A stretch of 63,680 nucleotides of DNA, the filler included, from Octopus bimaculoides (Eukaryota), in the NCBI RefSeq assembly GCF_001194135.2. It is 5 parts of 5 records of this genome, joined end to end, with 100 filler letters (N's around TTAATTAATTAA, not from the genome) between each part and the next. Parts side by side here need not be neighbours in the genome. Positions count along the whole stretch, not along the records: positions 34,249 to 62,543 come from NC_068982.1; positions 62,644 to 63,680 come from NW_026426967.1; 3 more parts are not named here. One strand, written 5' to 3'. The notes under the pieces were generated by a model. It was not told where the DNA came from and did no database searches. It saw nothing but the letters and a program-made list of their open reading frames with translations. The position numbers and the translations under genes were made by a program. Numbering within the stretch: the first letter of the stretch is position 1; each line of letters begins with the position of its first letter. Positions 51,068 through 63,680 of the stretch are shown here, piece after piece.

Positions 51068-54000
51068 TGCAAGATTTCATTAATACTTAGAAAATATATG
51101 AAAGCTGTGTGTGAATATACATGTGTGAAAATCTCTGGAAACCTAGAAGGCAATGCACAAAGGTGAATGAAAGATGATTGGTATGTTGTGTAGAAGAGGG
51201 AGAATTATATTTTGTGAAGTGGGTAAAGCTAACAGTGATTGAAAAATGCTGAATGAGCCTGTGTAGGACAACAGTTTTGAAAGGTAGTTTTTTAAAATTG
51301 TTATTGTATGATTTTATTGTAATATTGTCTTAGTGTAGTGCAACTCTTTATTATCAATTTCTCATGATTATTAGAAGAATTTTTATTAATTCTAATGTGC
51401 TGCCATCATTTGTTTTTTACCTTGATTATCACTTGAGGCACAATGAATAATTAATTCTTCATCCTTCATTAAATAGTCCCTAAGTCTTTAGTGATATTTT
51501 ATATTCATTTTTACTAACATATCCATGTGATTAAAAATGATGATAGTTTTACTAATGATGAAAAATAGTGCATCCACTGAAAACTGTGAGAAACCATTGA
51601 TAAATTTCTTACCTAAAGGCTATGCACTTTTTATTAAAGGGAAAAATATAATAATTAACTTGCGTGCATAAGCAAAAGCAGGGTATTGTAGTTGCTCATC
51701 TTTGTGTGTTTGCAAAATTACTAGAAAATGGCTGAACGGATTTTCACCAAATTTAGCAGAAATACTCATCAGGTGAGTGGCTCGAACTCATTATTTTGGT
51801 TTGATTATCTTCAAAACCAGCAGACGAATGAATCAAAATGTTTTTTTTTTTTCCTTTGTTTACATCTTCATAAACGATAAACCGGAGAAATAACTCTTGA
51901 TGTCATTTTGTTGAAATATGAATTCATCTGAGAATATATTTTTTAAATGAAATTTTATTTTATCCTTGTGTGCTCACAAGGTATGCATTGCCCCTCTGAC
52001 ACCTTTTTTTTTTTTGCATTCATAAATTCTTTTACATCTATGAAATTTTGGCAACACTATAATTTAGTGCTCTTCCAAATTTGTTTCCTCACAATTTTCT
52101 AATAGATGCACATTTTTCAATGAAATTTTGCAGAGATATATTTTCAAGGGTGTAGATTCTGATTATACTGATAAAAATTCTTTTAAAAAAAGTATTTTTT
52201 TAGGTGTTTTGGACCATTCCCTGCTTATTTGATTTTATTTCCTCATAACTCTATTTGAAATGCTTATTGTTTTGTCATTATGCAGAGATACATTTGCAAG
52301 AGTACTGAGTGTGTAATGCTACTGTTTCAAACATTAGAATGCTGAAAAAATGTGAAAAATACTAAATTACACAAATTGGTTATAACAAAAGTAGGGTGGT
52401 GCGAATGATCAAAAAATCCTAGATAAAATTATATTCATGTTCCCCTCTTTAGTTTTATTAGAGAGATGTGGTCACCCTTTGTTAGCAATAACTTTCCACA
52501 GCCCATCACTTTGACAGAGCTGCAATTCTGGATCAAACAAAGATTCAAACTGGACACTAGGCATCTTAGATGTTCCCAGACACTCACAACCCTTACCATC
52601 TGTGGATTGCAGCTGGAAGAGCTTCTACATTAATAGTTTACAGCAGACTAGTGCTGAGAAGGAAAGCTCAGAGTTTCTTGGAGAAAATTCAGGGTATCAA
52701 TGAGAATGTATTGGATGGTCTATTCTGGAAGATTTTCTGTGCTCAGAAACTATAGATGAGTTTTAGAAATCGTTGAACTGACCATGCTACCTAGGGTCAT
52801 TGCCATTTCAAGATAAACTCAACAGACACAAAAGTCCTATCAATTGGTAAGTCTGAGACACATACAGAGCAATGAAACTATTCTTCATGCATTCAGGTCT
52901 AAGCATTACTAACTTTTGTGTTTATGTTGAGCAACTGATGTTATATGTACAAAGGATCCTGTTGTCAACTGAGTTTATCATGAAAATTGGTTCTCTACTT
53001 TCCTTTAATCAAGGAAGAAAGGCAATGTTTCCCTTCTCATGGCTGTAAGGAAAGAGATTGTGTCATAGACATGACTGAAAGGACTGAAAACATACACTTT
53101 CTTCTTCTACCAAACCTTCATCAATTTTTTTTTTTTTTCCAATTCTGCATGGGAAAGAAAGTGAAGATAGAGAGAAACTATGGGAGGTGGGGGCTCTCTT
53201 CTAGTAAATTTGATAAAAGGTTGCTGACGGTATCAGACCCATCACAGGTGAATATACAGCATGCAGTTGTAGATAGGAGAATGCCTACAGATGTGCATTG
53301 GTAGCCAAGATGATCTGGGATCTGTGGCTTCATTGAGCAGCTGAAAGTGGTGGCCCTACTCTCTTGAAACTCTATTTCTCACACACACACACACATACAC
53401 ACACACAGTATATACTTTTAAATCATTTTATTTTGTTTGGAGGGGGTTCTTGCATCTATTTTCTATGTAAACCCATTCACCTTTTGTAACTTTCACCCTT
53501 CACCTTGGTGACAATTATAATCATCATCATCATTCGTACAAGCTTTCCCCACTCACCACTATTTTACATTACACTTATGATTACTCTTTAGACTTCAGCT
53601 CTACTACTATTATTCTTTTTATGGCAACCCCTACCCTCTCCACCCTGCCTTTTTCTTCCGTTTCCCCCTTTATTATATTAGAGTTGTCAAGGTTTTTTAG
53701 TTCAAATATAGCATAATGCACATTTAATAACCAACCTGAATGTCTGTATCACTTAGCTTTAGATGTGAGCAAAGAGACACTGTTTGGTCAGATGTAAATA
53801 ACAGTTCTATTGATAGAAAGTGAAATTCATTTTGTCATAACTGAAACAACATCCCAACTAGTGGCATTTTTTTCCTTCAAGACCAGAAGATACTTTAGAC
53901 CCCAACAACAGTTACTGATACTTCACAAAGCTCAGCAGAGGCTTTCAGCAAAGTATCGTTTACATATATATGAAAAGGTGTTGCTGCACACACACACACA

Positions 54001-55700
54001 CACACAACCTAGATTGCAATACGTCTCTCAATTTATTAGCATAAAATCACTTACAGATCGACAGACTTGCTGTTTCCTTTGCTCTGCTTTTCTACAACTA
54101 CTTTTATAAAGGCTTCTGCTCTTCAGTGTAGAGCAACACCTCCTCTTAGACATCTATGACCCACTTTCCTCTCTTCCTCACATCACCCTTGTTATATCCA
54201 ACCATACTGCTCCTGCACTAACTGTTAGATCCTGTCCTTCCCTTTCCGAATGTGACCCCCACTGGAGCTTCCTCCCTGCTTCTGTCTTTACTGCAAGTTG
54301 ACTTTCAATGGTTGCAGGCAAACGTTAAGGCACCCATCTCACTCTTTGAAGTGTATGAGTGTGTTTCTGCATGTGTGTGTGTGTGTGTGCATGCGTGTGT
54401 GTGCATGCGTGTGTATGTGCTTACAATTGCAAATGAGAAAAAATAGTACTCCATTTATTGAATAGATTTTATGTATATATATATATATATATATATAGCT
54501 GATGATTGACTCTAGTTACTTACAGTTTCACTTTAAACCAAGTATCTAGTGTATGAACAATGACTTAATATCATCGCTTAACGTCCGCCTTCCATGCTGG
54601 CATGGGTGGGACAATATTGTCAGTGGATCATATATCTGAAAAAGAAGCACACGCACATACATAAACGCATGCATACACACACAAACACAAACACACACAC
54701 GTCCATCTTGGCTAGTCTTAGTTACAAAACTAAGGGAGACCACTTTCCAGTTATGTACACAAATACATTTTGGTAGAGAGTTGATATATTTTTTGAGTAA
54801 CTACTTTGCAAGCGAGTGCTGATCTGTTTTCGTTTACTCTTCAGTATTCACCCCTAATGAGTTTCTGAGAGAGACTGAAATGGAGCAGCTCATCTCATAT
54901 AAATTCTCATATAAATTCAACTAAAATTTTTGTTGAATTTGTTAGCTGTTAATCCAATTTCCCTAGACAACTGGTTAATTGAATAATAATTAAACCTAAG
55001 GTGGTGAATTTAAAGACATCTGGTTAGGATTTAGGCTGGCAGTATTCCTGTGCAGAGCGGACCATGAATTCCACAGAAAAAAAAAAAATGGTTTCATTTT
55101 TATTTTTGAAGAGGAGGTAACTCTCCTTGCTTTAAAATTAGCAAGGGAGGTAATAGGTGAGCGAACGTAAAAAAATACATGGTAGAATGTTGAATTTTGG
55201 AAGTATGCATACGTTGATATATGTAAGAATCGAGTGTGGGTTGAAGGGGATACCACATATTACCAAGTGAGATGTAATATATGATAACATATGTAAAGCA
55301 TAAAGCTCACTGATAGGTCAGTATGGTGTGGAAACCCCAGCAGGATTGGAAATACAATCTGAGAAAGGGTAGAAACACTTCTCTTAGAGAAGACAAGTCA
55401 TCTGTATTTGGAGAAGAGGGAGGTGCCACCAATTTATGCAGACACTGATATGAACCTACAACCTCTTTCAGGCTGTGAATTTTGGATAAATATTTCGTTG
55501 TATGAGTACTTGCATGCATGTTTGGTAGTACATGTGAAAGAATGATTGCATGAATTTTGAATTAAAGTATATATGTTAACATACACACACGTCATCCAAT
55601 TAATTTCATCCAAATTATTTCATTTAATTTTATCTTAATTTCAAATATATTAAGTTACATCTTTATAACAGATTCAGTTTGTAGTTGGTGGTGTTATTTT

Positions 55701-55971
55701 TGAAAAGTAACAGTTATCACCTCAACATGTTTGTTCCATACAGAACACTGTTACTACTCCTTTTAACTCCAGGAGGACATCTCCTCCAGCTGGTTAACAA
55801 CACACTATCTGTGTCTGTTATATTGCAAACAAGGGAGTGAACAACTCCCATCTAGCGTTGACAGGAACTAATACACCAGCTGGAGGAGATGTCCTCTTTT
55901 GGTTAAAAGGAGTAGTAACAGTGTTCTGTATGGAACAACCATGTTGAGGTGGTAACAACCATTACTTTTCA
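55701..55971. mobile_element. Foldback/MITE with ~95-bp inverted arms
   Basis: 55701-55793 is the near-perfect reverse complement of 55876-55971; shares the gacatc-tc-ccagctgg...caaggg core with the 35.2-kb element. Confidence 0.8.
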
Positions 55972-58019
55972 GTAGAGTTACTACTTGCATCTCGTATAGA
56001 GATTTTAGAACTAGCTACTTGGCTTACTGGTATTTTTTTAAATTTTTTTATATATACCTAATACCTGTGAGTTGTGTTATAGTGAATCATTTGGAGAGAG
56101 CTAAACTCTGCAGCCTGATTTAACCTTGATAATGTACTTGATGATAAATTCCTTGCAGATACCTAAATGCCCAGCTGATCACATAGTATCTTCATATTCT
56201 TCTTATAATAATTCGTAAAATTTGTGTAAAATTTAATTTCATTATGAATTCTATTTATTGAATGATAAGTGGATTAAATTTCTGTGATAGAAAAACCATT
56301 TATTTATTATATGATGCTGAAGTTTTTATTTTATTCTTTTAAATAAGACTGGTTGTCCTTTTGTGATATTGGGCTCAACAGCTGAATTTAGATGCACCAC
56401 TTTGTCAAAGTGAATAAAATTTCTTAGAATTATGTGTGTTTGTTTACTATGTCTTAACAAAGGATATTTATTGTTAGTGGGTATATGACCAAACCAAACT
56501 ATTTCCCTTTTAATATTGCAGTTATTTTAATGAAATGTCAATAGAATTTCCTCATCTTTAGTATCCTTGGATGACAACTTTAACTCTGACACCACTGCTC
56601 ATTATTACTTTTAAATTAATTTACCAATATTGTTTAAAATAATGTATTTCAAAACCTCTTTACATAAATTAAATTTGCTTGGTTTACACCTATCTCGTCT
56701 GCAATATACGAATGGCATGACAAATTTAGATTAATATACAATGGCATGGTTTAATATATATAAAGATGACTTAACATAGATCAAGTTGACTTCATGTGTA
56801 TTCACTTAGATTAATACTTATTGAAATGGCTCAATGATTCAAATTATTTTGTAAGTACTATGAGATTTGGCATTTATTAGAATGGTTTAACATACACAAA
56901 GACAGTAATTTCCAGACTGTCAACTTCATTTTTAGAGTGTATATATTACAATATACACATGCGCGTACACACACACACAAACACACACACATTAATTCAA
57001 TTAGTTCAATCATTAACCATCAAGTATCTTATTCCTGAGTATTTACTGGATTTTAACTAGGAATCTTTATAAAAAATTATAATCTTAATAGCAATTTGTA
57101 ATTACATTAGAATGACCTAAAATAATTTGAACATGTTAGTAAATTACATATGCATGAATTATAAAATGAAAACAAGTTACTATGTGAGACTTGTGCTTGG
57201 GTGTTATAGTTTGTAGATAATTACAGTCAGTTGATGCAGAGGTTCTATATGTCTATCCAATCATCTAATTACTGTATTTAGAAAGAGCTGATCTGTCATC
57301 AATTAGGCATATTTTCCTTAGATTCAGAGCATTAAGTCTATGGTCTGCATTTTGATGATAATAAAATGTTCTTGGGAAAGATTTGATAATCGCTTTTTTT
57401 TTCTTTTTTTTTTCTTTTAGCTGTATTGATCAAGAAGAGTGACTATATAGAAATTTCTATCACTCATTTGTTAAGTTTAATTATACATGACAATAAATGA
57501 GCTGTGGATAAAGATTTGTTTCAACTGGAAGACAAAGTAACTGTATATGAGTTATTATATGTAAAATGTGAATAAAAGGTTTAGTTATGAGTTGATAAAG
57601 CAAATAGGTTTGGAAAGATGACTATGACAGTATAGAATTGTAATGTATACAAGATGACACTTGTTTACATTTTGCTTCTTCTCACAGAACCGTTTGAGCA
57701 AATCACTGATGTTTTATGTTTGCATTTTCCCCTTTTCATTCTATGTCATGTAGTTCTAGGCTTTTGAAGATGTGGAATAAAAATCCACTGCTTGAAATAT
57801 TACATCTGGTCTTTCCTAAGACTATACAATACAGGTATGTCATTATTTGTGGCCTGAAAGTTGTTTGCAGTGCCTCATCATCATTGGGTGATATTGACTC
57901 ACATACCCATGTGCACATTAAGAAGTTTTTGTCATTTCATAATCTTGTGTTGTTACCTCTCTAATAGTATTGATGTGTGGTTGCATTGGCAGGATATAGT
58001 TTGGTAAACTGTCTAGTGT

Positions 58020-58215
58020 GGAGGAATATGGCTTAGTGGTTAGGGTGTTGGACTCATGATCATAAGATTGTGGGTTCAGTTCCTGGACTGGGCGACGTGT
58101 TGTGTTCTTGAGCAAAACACTTCATTTCATGCTGCCCCTGTCTACTCAGCTGGCAAAAATAAGTTATCCTGTGATGGATTGTCATCTCATCCAGGGTGAA
58201 ATATGTACGCCATGG
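58020..58215 (+). mobile_element. tRNA-derived SINE
   Basis: A box tggcttagtgg, B-box-like gggttcagttcc, then gttgtgttcttgagcaaaacact. Confidence 0.7.
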
Positions 58216-59648
58216 AAACTGGGAAACCAGCTATATGAGTTTATACGACTCAGAAAGGATCTTTATTATGTATAAATTATTTAGACATTCTACCAAATTT
58301 GTCTATGAAGATGCTCCTTATATCTCTTTCTTTTATTTTAATATGCTGCTTTAGTTTTTGTTAACTGTTTCTGGCTAGAAATTATAAATGGCAAGAAACA
58401 AATCCCATGTGTATGTGTGTACAGATTTTATAGTGATATATATTAATTAAACAAGAAAGTATCCAGAAGCTGGAGAAATATTCTTTATTACTCATCATAC
58501 ACTTTTAACACTTTCATTCTTTACAGAATTCTTCAAAAATTGCAGGCTATTGTGCATGTTGCTTTATATGTGTGTGAGAGATGTAAACTGATTGTTGGAA
58601 ATTGTCAGGAATTCAAATTAAGCTTAATAAATGTTTTGGGCTTGGACAAAAAGTGTGTTTTGAGAGTGCCAGTTAAGCTGTTTGACCTCTTATTTGTTAT
58701 TTTGAATCCATGTCTATGTGTATGGGTTAATGCTTAAACAAAGGATAAATTAGTTTGCGGGGAAGACTGGTTTTTGAAGCAGTTTGCATAACATCTTTGT
58801 CCAAAAGTGCCAGCTGTTCATTAGTTTCAGTATATGTAAAGGGATGTCAGCTGTTTCTTGAAGAAAGAGACCAACAGATTTCTGGAATGACTGCTTTCAG
58901 GACAGGACTATCCAGATAGACATATGTTAATTATGCGCATATATCGTCGTTTAATGTCTGTTTTCTATGCTGTGTGTGTGTATAAATTAGTAACAATGTA
59001 CAGTAAGATCCATGATGGTAGAATCCAAAGAGTATAAAGTTCCAATGCTTATCTGGGTGGAGTGGTGGTAAAGTGGTTCAGGTGAGGTGGCAAATGTCTG
59101 AGAAGGTACACACACATATGCCAAACATATATGTGGTTAAGAACTTTGCCTCCCAATAACTTAGTTTTGGGTTCAGTTCCACTGCATGACACCTTCGGCA
59201 AGTGTCTTCAACTATAGCCCTGATCTGACCAAAGCTTTATGAGTTGACTTGGTAGATGGAAACTGAAAGAAGTTCACCAAATATATACATATGTGTGTAT
59301 ATATTCAGGTGTGTATAGTATGTACATGGGTGTGCATAAGTGTGTATATGTATATACATGTGTGCATAAGTGTGTATATGTTTGTACCCATTGCAATTGT
59401 GGTAGTATTAAATTAAAAATAGTCATCTAACTATTGTACTTAATGCAAATACACAATTGATAAGACTGTTACTGCAGTATTCATCCTGAGATAACATCCT
59501 TTATGGATGTACTGCATTAACAAGACACTAAATATTAGGGGGAGATTTCATATATGGCTTCCTGCTAGAATGATAGAGTGCCATTTATGATTAAACATAA
59601 ATATAGTCTTTCATACAGCATATGTGTGTGTGTGTGTGTGGAGAGAGA

Positions 59649-59684
<36 letters not shown>

Positions 59685-59877
59685 AAAGAGAGGAGGTATA
59701 AGATGAATAAATATATTTCACCAGTTGACATCCATATAACGATGATCATTTCACAGCCTTTATCATAGAAAAACAATGTATTTTAGTGTTTCATAAATAA
59801 TAAAGTTTTTTGCATGCCTTTATTAATGTATATAATATAAATTATATAGTACAGATGTATAATTTATAAATTAATAC

Positions 59878-60019
59878 AGGTAAAAAAATAGCTTACTCAT
59901 CAGATCATGGTTACTTTCATTCATCAACACAATACATATATGTATGTATGTATGTATTGTGTTGATGAATGAAAGTAACCATTATATTCTTTGACCTGAT
60001 GAGCAAGCATTTTTTACCT
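59878..60019. repeat. Long hairpin/inverted repeat
   Basis: Perfect 31-bp arms 59908-59938 and 59951-59981 around a 12-nt (TATG)3 loop; outer imperfect arms of ~29 bp. Confidence 0.85.
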
Positions 60020-60126
60020 CTATTAATTTATATACATACAAATACTGGGATTGATTCATTCGACTAAAAATTCTTCAAGGCAGTGCCCCAGCATGGATGC
60101 AATCTAATGATTGATACAAGCAAAAG

Positions 60127-60183
<57 letters not shown>

Positions 60184-61879
60184 GATTTTAAATTTTGCAA
60201 CAATTGTTTCTGTAAAAATCTTTATTTACTGTAAGTACAACATGATAGTTTGGATTACATCATACATTTAGTAGTTCTCAGGCTCATCAGATATTATTTA
60301 AAATTGGGGTGAACAATGACTTGTTGGAACACCATTTTGTATTTTAAACTTGTTATCTAGTTCAATTCTGAATACTGTACCCTTATTTGAATCCTTATAC
60401 CATAAATATTCATATTCAATAATTAATTTCTTGCCTCACATATAACTTAGGCAACCTGATATTACTGTAGTGACTATGAATAATCTAAATACTGAGGCCA
60501 TGCCATAACTCATATATGATAATGAACAATATAGTTTAATACAATAATTTTAGCTGTTAATCAAATATTGAAATCTTCATAATAACTGTCTTATTCACAT
60601 CTAACCACTCAATATAATCTTTAAAGAGATTTGCTCTCGTATTAAGATCACATTATACCAAAATAAATATGTCAAATATTAAATATTTATAACTAAGTAT
60701 ATTAATTTTAGTATTTGAGGTGTTTGTACTTGCTATCCTCTTACCTTTTTTGTTTACATTGTTTTAGTCATCACTTTTTGATGACAAGAAACAAGCACAC
60801 ATACTCATGCATACATAATCACCTTCCACACACACACACACACACTATAACTATACAGAATATTTCTTACTTCACATGAACTGAGATGGTTTGCATATTG
60901 ATCTGAGTTTGGTAAAGATTAAGAAATTATTAATACACTAACATAAGCATGAAAATGATTATGTTCTATATATCAAAATATATTTGTTTGTTTAAAGTAT
61001 AGATTTAATGTGAAATGAACCCTGGAGTATTTTCATGCTGTGTATTTGTTGTGTGTGTGTGTGTGTGTGTTTGTGTGTGTGTGCATACATACACAGCTTT
61101 TCGCTGTCGGATCATTTGACTGTATATTAAGATGTTTTCTCTAATGTTAACCAAATATGGTTAGCACTTACTTTTTGTCAAGCAAAATGAAACAAGGAAA
61201 GCTATGTTCCTTACTCAAATGTATGCTATAATGATTGTTGTAAGATTTAAATTTATGATTATGCAATGTGTTTCTCAACATCTCAAACTTTCAGCTATTA
61301 TTATGCTCTTGTAAAATGAATATATATTTAATGTATGTGAATATGTGTTTGTGTATGTCTATAGATGTTTTTCAGCAACAATTTGGTGACACATCACTTC
61401 TACGCTTCTCTAAACTTTCACTTGTGAGACTGGGAAAGGATTGTAGTGCTTGGGGAATCCTTGAAACTCCAACAAACCACTGTATATCATCCTTTGTAAA
61501 TTGATAAAATCTTACCTTATTATGAATGTCTTGTGTGTGCGTGTGTGTGTATGTGTGTGTGTGTAAGATGTGAGGTTATATTAGATATAATTGTTTCATT
61601 AAATATGTTTCCTTGATTTAAGGAATCAATGTCACGTTTCTAGTGCAACCACTAAACTGCTTCTGTAAAAAATGTTGTTTTCATTAGCTGTTTCATTATT
61701 CCAATGCCATGCATGTGGAAAGGATTTAGTATTTTTTTTTTTTGTCAATTTCAAAAACACTCAATTGAACTGTTGTATTAGTGTCCCTTTATCCCTTATC
61801 TTCCCAACCTAGTCATTACCTATCCTATCCTTCAAACTAATAAACTGTTATACACCTTTCCTTTGCTGCCCATCGTAAG

Positions 61880-61927
61880 GTGGACCTGAAGGCACTTAAT
61901 AAGACAGAGCTTGATGACCACAGACGG
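61880..61927 (+). CDS. ITPR: Putative IP3 receptor 48-nt cassette exon VDLKALNKTELDDHRR (SII-C-like)
   Basis: CTAAT branch-like site, pyrimidine tract, AAG acceptor, CGG|GTAAG donor; phase 0-0 compatible with the YGEK exon; LDDHRR resembles ITPR1 SII-C LEDHKR. Confidence 0.65.
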
Positions 61928-62495
61928 GTAAGCTATTGTTGTGTGTTAGCCTACTTTTGGATGCATGCTATAATCCTCCCAAATGTTATTTTATTGTTAA
62001 TGTTTGTTTTGTTTTTTTGTTTTTCATTTCCCCCTTACAATCTTCTATGTAAATCTATTGCTGCATCTTTCTTAATTATCCCATGCTTATTTATCAAATT
62101 AGTCAATTACACACCTGACTCCATCTGCCAGTTCTATAATTTAGCTGAATAGAAACAAAAATTGCTGACTTTCACTTGAGATTAATTTCTACATCTCATC
62201 CTATCCCCAGACAGAATATCACTGTTACTAAGTCATAGTTTTTATCATTCAGTCTCAAATTGTTTCAGAAAATTTATTGTAAAAGAGTTTGTGTTTTTTT
62301 TTTTTTACGTTTTTTTTTTTTTGTCTTTTCTGTTTTGGATTTTTTGAAGGTCAACACCATTTCATTCAAAAAATGAATCTGTTGCACTGTTTTTTTATTC
62401 AGCTTGCAGTCTTGTGAATTCTCACTTTATATTCTTAGCTGAAATTTCCTTCTTCATTTCTTTGCTTTCTTTTCTTCTGAGTTTGATAAATACCG

Positions 62496-62543
<48 letters not shown>

Positions 62544-62643
62544 NNNNNNNNNNNNNNNNNNNNNNNNNNNNNNNNNNNNNNNNNNNNTTAATTAATTAAN
62601 NNNNNNNNNNNNNNNNNNNNNNNNNNNNNNNNNNNNNNNNNNN
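62544..62643. other. Artificial scaffold spacer 44N-TTAATTAATTAA-44N
   Basis: 12-mer at 62588-62599. Confidence 0.9.
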
Positions 62644-62834
62644 AACCAATCACTGACGTCTATTGAGGTGAAAGCAATTACTGCTCTGGAATGGAAACAA
62701 CAGGTTGTAGCGGTGTGATGGGATCTTGAATAAAATTAGTGCCGTTATTTTTCAACAACAACTATCGGCGGTATTGTTATTTATGACATCGTTCGTGCGT
62801 TTGTACTGGTTTCAGCTTTAGGGTTAGTGTTCGG

Positions 62835-62884
62835 GTTTTAGGGTTAGGGTTATGAGTAGTTTTGCCAAACCCTAACCCTAAAAC
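62835..62884. repeat. Inverted repeat built from TTAGGG-like units
   Basis: gttttagggttagggtt (62835-62851) and its exact reverse complement aaccctaaccctaaaac (62868-62884), with a 16-nt spacer. Confidence 0.8.
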
Positions 62885-63680
62885 TCTAACCGTAAAAAGA
62901 CAAAATATACAAGTATACGAAGTTTTAAAGTGTTTCGGTAGAAAACACACTAAATAAAACCTAAATAAAAAGTGGCGCCCGCCAAATCAGAAAGGTCCGG
63001 AATCTACATGATATAACACACATTCGTAAAAAATTACATTAAAAAATATCCATTTTTCTGAAAGTTATTATCATCCAAAGTCGAGTGGGTTGGGAGGGGA
63101 ACAAGAATCTGTAGTTATGCCAAATTTGTATACTTCAATAATAATGTTTTACTTCTTTGATATAATTGTTTCTTGAATGTATGTGCATATTTCAACGAAA
63201 CATTATATTACTTATTCTGGACGTCAAACAACGGGTCGTATAAACAGATACCATATGCGTGCGTGTGTGTATACTCTATATGTCCCCTACCACCGCTTGA
63301 CAACCGGCGCTGGTTAGTTTTCATCTTTGTGAAAAATAGAAACCATTCTGTGTAATTTGAGGAAGATTTCATTGTTATATCTAGCATGCCTAACGATCAT
63401 GTAAGATGTTCTTTTGTTGGCTCGTTTTATAGTAGTAAATGTATGACAGTAAATATTTTTAATCGGTAAACTTTTGAATGAAGCTAGAATTATCTCCCTT
63501 GTTCATTTGCTTATACTGTTGAATTAAACAAGGCTATAATTTCTAAATTTTATAATACTTCAAGAAATTAAACCATTATTTTTCTAAACCATTGAATTAT
63601 AAATAATAAGTTGTATTAGGTGTTTCATAGTATATATGATGACATTTGTTGAAAAATTAATATTAGAATGTAATATTAGA

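Noticed and set aside
51725-51772. 48-nt phase 0-0 unit KMAERIFTKFSRNTHQ with a CAG|GTGAGT donor
   Set aside because: Weak acceptor tract; lies in a transposon-like repeat; no similarity to SII-A
56100-56190. IPKCPADHI and other small ORFs as an SII-A equivalent
   Set aside because: No credible donor and no sequence similarity; I could not identify an SII-A-like exon anywhere in 49136-61879
62644-62800. Continuation of ITPR (expected GE(A/D)LR...) after the last linker
   Set aside because: No matching peptide behind an acceptor in any plus frame

Overview
AT-rich, microsatellite- and SINE-laden animal DNA, most consistent with a coleoid cephalopod (Octopus-like); the species is inferred from the repeat landscape only. 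Four identical 100-bp spacers (44N-TTAATTAATTAA-44N) split the window into five stitched blocks: 1-16887, 16988-26020, 26121-34148, 34249-62543 and 62644-63680. Two host genes are supported. (1) On the minus strand, two spliced exons (16259-15845, 8031-7928) of an ANTP/NK-like homeobox gene carry an eh1 motif and the homeodomain start RKPRQAYSSKQLERLESEFK, which fits the Abox/ceh-19/CG34031 family; the helix 2-3 exon is not in the resolved sequence. (2) On the plus strand, nine consecutive in-phase exons (34600-49135) encode the central regulatory region of an inositol 1,4,5-trisphosphate receptor (ITPR). A tenth, isolated 48-nt symmetric exon (61880-61927, VDLKALNKTELDDHRR) sits where the neuron-specific SII splice segment of vertebrate ITPR1 lies and resembles its C sub-segment. 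The rest is decayed Penelope-like, Tx1/L1-like and RTE LINEs, a deleted mariner, MITE/foldback elements and tRNA-derived SINEs. The most notable observations are the SII-C-like cassette exon, possible nesting of Abox antisense inside an ITPR intron, minimal hammerhead-ribozyme motifs in repeats (one in sense inside an ITPR intron), and several long intronic inverted repeats that could form dsRNA/ADAR substrates.
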